A stretch of DNA of 64,000 bases, taken from assembly GCA_013239625.1 (NCBI GenBank), contig MU054323.1:16558029-16622028 (forward strand). The letters are read 5' to 3'. The stretch comes from Lama guanicoe. Its lineage: Eukaryota. Below are positions 60,616-64,000 of this stretch, one piece after another (position 1 is the stretch's first letter; each line of letters opens with the position of its first letter). A program made the translations under genes and the position numbers. The notes beneath the pieces are model-generated. The model saw only the letters and a list, made by a program, of their open reading frames with translations, made no database searches and was not told the DNA's origin.

Positions 60616-61466
60616 AAATTAAGTCACAGAAGGCAGAACTAATTCCTGTAAGCTGTGAAAATGGAATAAAAATGTTTTAGTTTGTATTGTAATTTTCTTG
60701 CCATGATTCTTTCTAGAATCTAGAAAAATTGGATAGGGAAAATCAGGCATATTAGAATCCAGATACTATGATTGGACACTCATTACAATTATTTTAAATA
60801 TTTAAAAATAAAAAATAAATGTTAGCTTACCTTTAATAATTCCTAATGCTTTGACTCTAGTTTTAAAAATTATATCTCCCCCCTCTAAAAAAAAATCATA
60901 CTCTCCAGGTCCAATTTTTTTCCTTATAGCTTTATTGCATCTACCTTCTATAACCCTCAAGGCAATGTTCCTGAGAGCTCTCTTCTTTCAAAGTGCTCAC
61001 CACCTAGTTACTATCTTCTCCTGTTCTTTTTTCTTCTAGTCCACCTCGTCCATCCTGCTGAAGGCATATCAAACCATAGGCTTTTACATATGTCACAGAA
61101 TACATAAGAATCCTCTTTTCAGAAGGAAATCTTGCCTGAGTCTGCCAGCAATTGGCAGTTCCTGTGAAGATATTCTTAGAATCCATAGTGTATGAAAATC
61201 AAGCATTAAATTGCACCTAAAAATCAGGGTAGTGTGATTGAAGAGACAGTGATATTGCTTTAAAACTCTTCCGTGCAAGAGATCTCACAATAATTGCATT
61301 AACATGTTATTATAGGATGTGAAACCTTGAGACAGTATTGAACCAAGACAAGAGAGAGACTGAGAAGACATCTGGTATACACAGGAGGAAAGTAAAATCC
61401 ACTGCTGCATATTGCAGAGTTCCGCATCTAGATCTTGGTTACTCATTCCACCTTCCACTTGGTCAG

Positions 61467-61891
61467 AATGGCAGACCCTGTTGGCTGATTAACCCCAAAC
61501 CATTCCCAATCTCCTTCTCTCTTTCATTCTTCTAGCCTGGAGGTCAGAAATCTGGATACCCCCTTTCCCAGCTTCTCCTGCAGCTAGAAATGGCTATGTG
61601 TTCCATGTTTGGCCACTAAGTTTCACAAGCATTTATGAGCAGCTTTTCTTTCCTGGTAACTGGCACCATGTCTCTCTCTCCCTTCTTCCCACCTTGAGCA
61701 AGACAAGCATTAGGACCAAGAGCCAGTGTTGTGGATAATAAAGCAGAAAGATGGAGCTTGGCCTTTGATGGCATCATCGACTGATGAATCAATGCCAGTA
61801 ACCACTGGGCTTTTTCTTTTTTTTAAAGCTACTGTTAGTTGGATTATTTTGTTGTTGTTACCTGTAGTTGGAAGCATTCCTGAGTGATACA
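61467..61891 (+). mobile_element. MLT1I/J-like MaLR LTR
   Basis: TGGCAGACCCTGTTGG, TTTCCCAGCTTCTCCTGCAGCTAG, TTTGATGGCATCATCGA; ends GCATTCCTGAGTGATACA. Confidence 0.8.
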
Positions 61892-62789
61892 TATTTTCCA
61901 TTTTCTCCTTCAGGCAAAAATTCTCAGAGCTCATTCCATTTAATGCATGTGGCTAAACAAACCCACAAAACTATTAACTATAGTCTCAGACATCTAATTC
62001 CTCCTATGCACCCCCTTCTTTCTCATATCAACATCCTTTATCTAGAGATTTACAACTGCTAATAATGAGCATGTGACTTTCACCAGTGAAATTTCTTGCG
62101 TATCCAGAATTCAAAAGTGGAAGAAAAAGCACTCTAACCACTGAACTTAGAAGCGGTAAGTCCCACAGGCTGGGAAAAACACATCATTATCTGAATTTTA
62201 AGACACTGGCAGACCTGGTAAGTCCATATGGACAATGAAGTAGATCTGCTGACTCAACATAATAGCCTAAATATAACCCAAATTTCACCAAGGTGCCCCA
62301 GATGGTGAGTATAAGTAACATCACATTAATATTAGCATTCATTTGATGATTCTCTGTCCCCACTTGCTGATGCAGCATCTTGATTCTCAAAAATTAGGGT
62401 GCCCCATGCATTTACGGAAGTCCCCAGGGAGTGTCTAATGTGTTCTCACAAACATATCAATTCTGCTTTTAGATAATATTCTGAGCCTCCTCTGAGCATA
62501 AGTTTGAATTAGTATTTTGCTAGTCACTTAGTAATAAAGGGTAGTACTTTTATTCTTTAATATTTTTAACTTTTCTTTCCCTACTAAGTAAAATAATGCA
62601 CAAGAGGAAAACCTCAATGAACTTCTTGTTTTGTGCACTAAAAATTAACTAGCACTGCCTTACCTTTCTGCACATTCGTTGCCCGAGCCTAAGCTCGCTC
62701 TCCCAGCTCAGCTAACATGCAGTAGAAATGCAACCAGCAACTAGGCTTCTGCAGAGAGGCAAGAAAGAGCCTTCCGTTGTGAGTGAGGA

Positions 62790-62940
62790 GCGCTGAGCTC
62801 CCAGTTACTGTGTGGCCTGGACAAGTCACACTTCATCTCTGACAGGCTGTTTCCTCATCTGCAAAGTGAAAATGAAAATCCGTGCTCTGCCCATCTCAGA
62901 GGCTGGGGTGACAACCACACACAAACACATGAAATCACAT
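62790..62940 (+). mobile_element. MIR
   Basis: CTGTGTGGCCTGGACAAGTCAC...GTTTCCTCATCTGCAAAGTG. Confidence 0.8.
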
Positions 62941-63580
62941 TGAAGGAGCCCATATTCCTTGCCAATGCACTGCTATGTGTCTGATGAAGGGGCAGAAAAC
63001 ATTCTCATACCTCTCACATGAAATCTTTGAGTGTGTTCCCTGGTTATACACATGCTGAGGATTAACTGGTCGGAGCAAAGGAATTTGGCAAGCAGAGAAC
63101 GATTGTGACATAAATGATTAATCTGGATGACAGCACTGAACCTGTTGGCAAAAAACGAAAGAGCAGGAGCTGCTCATATGATCGTTGCCTCATCTCACAT
63201 TGTGAAATGAAGGTTTGCTAAAACACATGGCTCAAGAGCTGCCAGTCAGGCCCTGGGCTGGGAATGCACCTGTCAGAAGAGTTGGAAGAAACAAGGATGT
63301 TTTCCTCTCCTGCTGAAAGAGAGGGAACTGTTTTCTCACTGTATGAGGTTTTATAGGGTAAAGAACAAGCTTGGGGTATTCAGCCAATAGGCATGGAACA
63401 GCTTTAGCAGCATTATCGTCACGAAAGTGGAGGCAGGGAGGCAGCAAACCAACATTCCAAAGCCAGATATGTATCTTTGAAAACCCAGCTGGCTAGAAAA
63501 AAACATGAACAGCAAACCAACACTAATTAACTTAGATTTACAAGTTAGTCCAGCAGAACTCAGATCAGTATTCCAATACT

Positions 63581-63678
63581 TAGATTTGTAAGTTATCTTG
63601 TTAGACCAGTCCAGTTTCTCCTTCACATTCCTAGACTTGTAAGTTATCTTGTTAGACCACCCCGGCTTTTCCTTCACA
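63581..63678. repeat. ~51-bp tandem duplication, with a degenerate third unit from ~63533
   Basis: TAGATTTGTAAGTTATCTTGTTAGACCAGTCCAGTTTCTCCTTCACA / TAGACTTGTAAGTTATCTTGTTAGACCACCCCGGCTTTTCCTTCACA. Confidence 0.92.
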
Positions 63679-64000
63679 AGCTGATATGTGGGAGGAAAGT
63701 CAGGAAATTTTTGATAGTGATGGGTGTGAGATAGGGTATGAGACATGAGAAGGGAGGCAGGGTTTTAGACAAGATGATGGGCAGTACCAAAATATTTTGA
63801 AGTATTTAGATCAACTGAAATTTTCATTTTTTATTTGATGGTTGATGCCTTTGAAGCCAAAACCTAAGACACAGTAGCAATAAATTATTTCGATGAAAGA
63901 TCTTTACAGATTCTCCTTATTAAGAAGAGGAGAAAATAGTAATACCTAATTATGGTCATGTCTGCATAATCACAAACTTTTAGCAGCAGAAAATAATGGA

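Noticed and set aside
1..64000. A novel multi-gene biological system
   Set aside because: I found no host coding exons, known ncRNA signatures, arrays or foreign-composition islands. Common mammalian repeats plus unique non-coding DNA account for the sequence.

Overview
This is mammalian genomic DNA, most likely camelid. The assignment rests on a tRNA-Ala-derived Vic-1-type SINE at 6.1 kb and a young L1 resembling camelid elements, with no Alu, B1/B2 or Bov-A-type SINEs seen. I recognise no host protein-coding exon, RNA gene or CRISPR array. The window reads as intergenic DNA or the inside of a large intron. It is dense with ancient MIR, L2, L1M, MaLR/ERVL LTR and hAT-Charlie relics. One young 5'-truncated L1 lies at 57.06-58.58 kb (minus strand, TSD visible, ORF2 C-terminus with 2 stops and 1 frameshift). 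The ORF track is explained by L1/L2 remnants and chance ORFs. I cannot support a new biological system from the sequence alone. The best leads are: (i) three good CTCF motifs in a convergent/divergent arrangement around a CpG-rich segment at 46.4-47.2 kb; (ii) several strong splice-site pairs suggesting an unannotated minus-strand spliced transcript, one exon using a MIR-derived acceptor; (iii) an ancient L1 with a twin-priming inversion; (iv) small tandem duplications and palindromes. Repeat subfamily names come from recalled consensus sequences, not a database search. Boundaries of old repeats are approximate (tens of bp).
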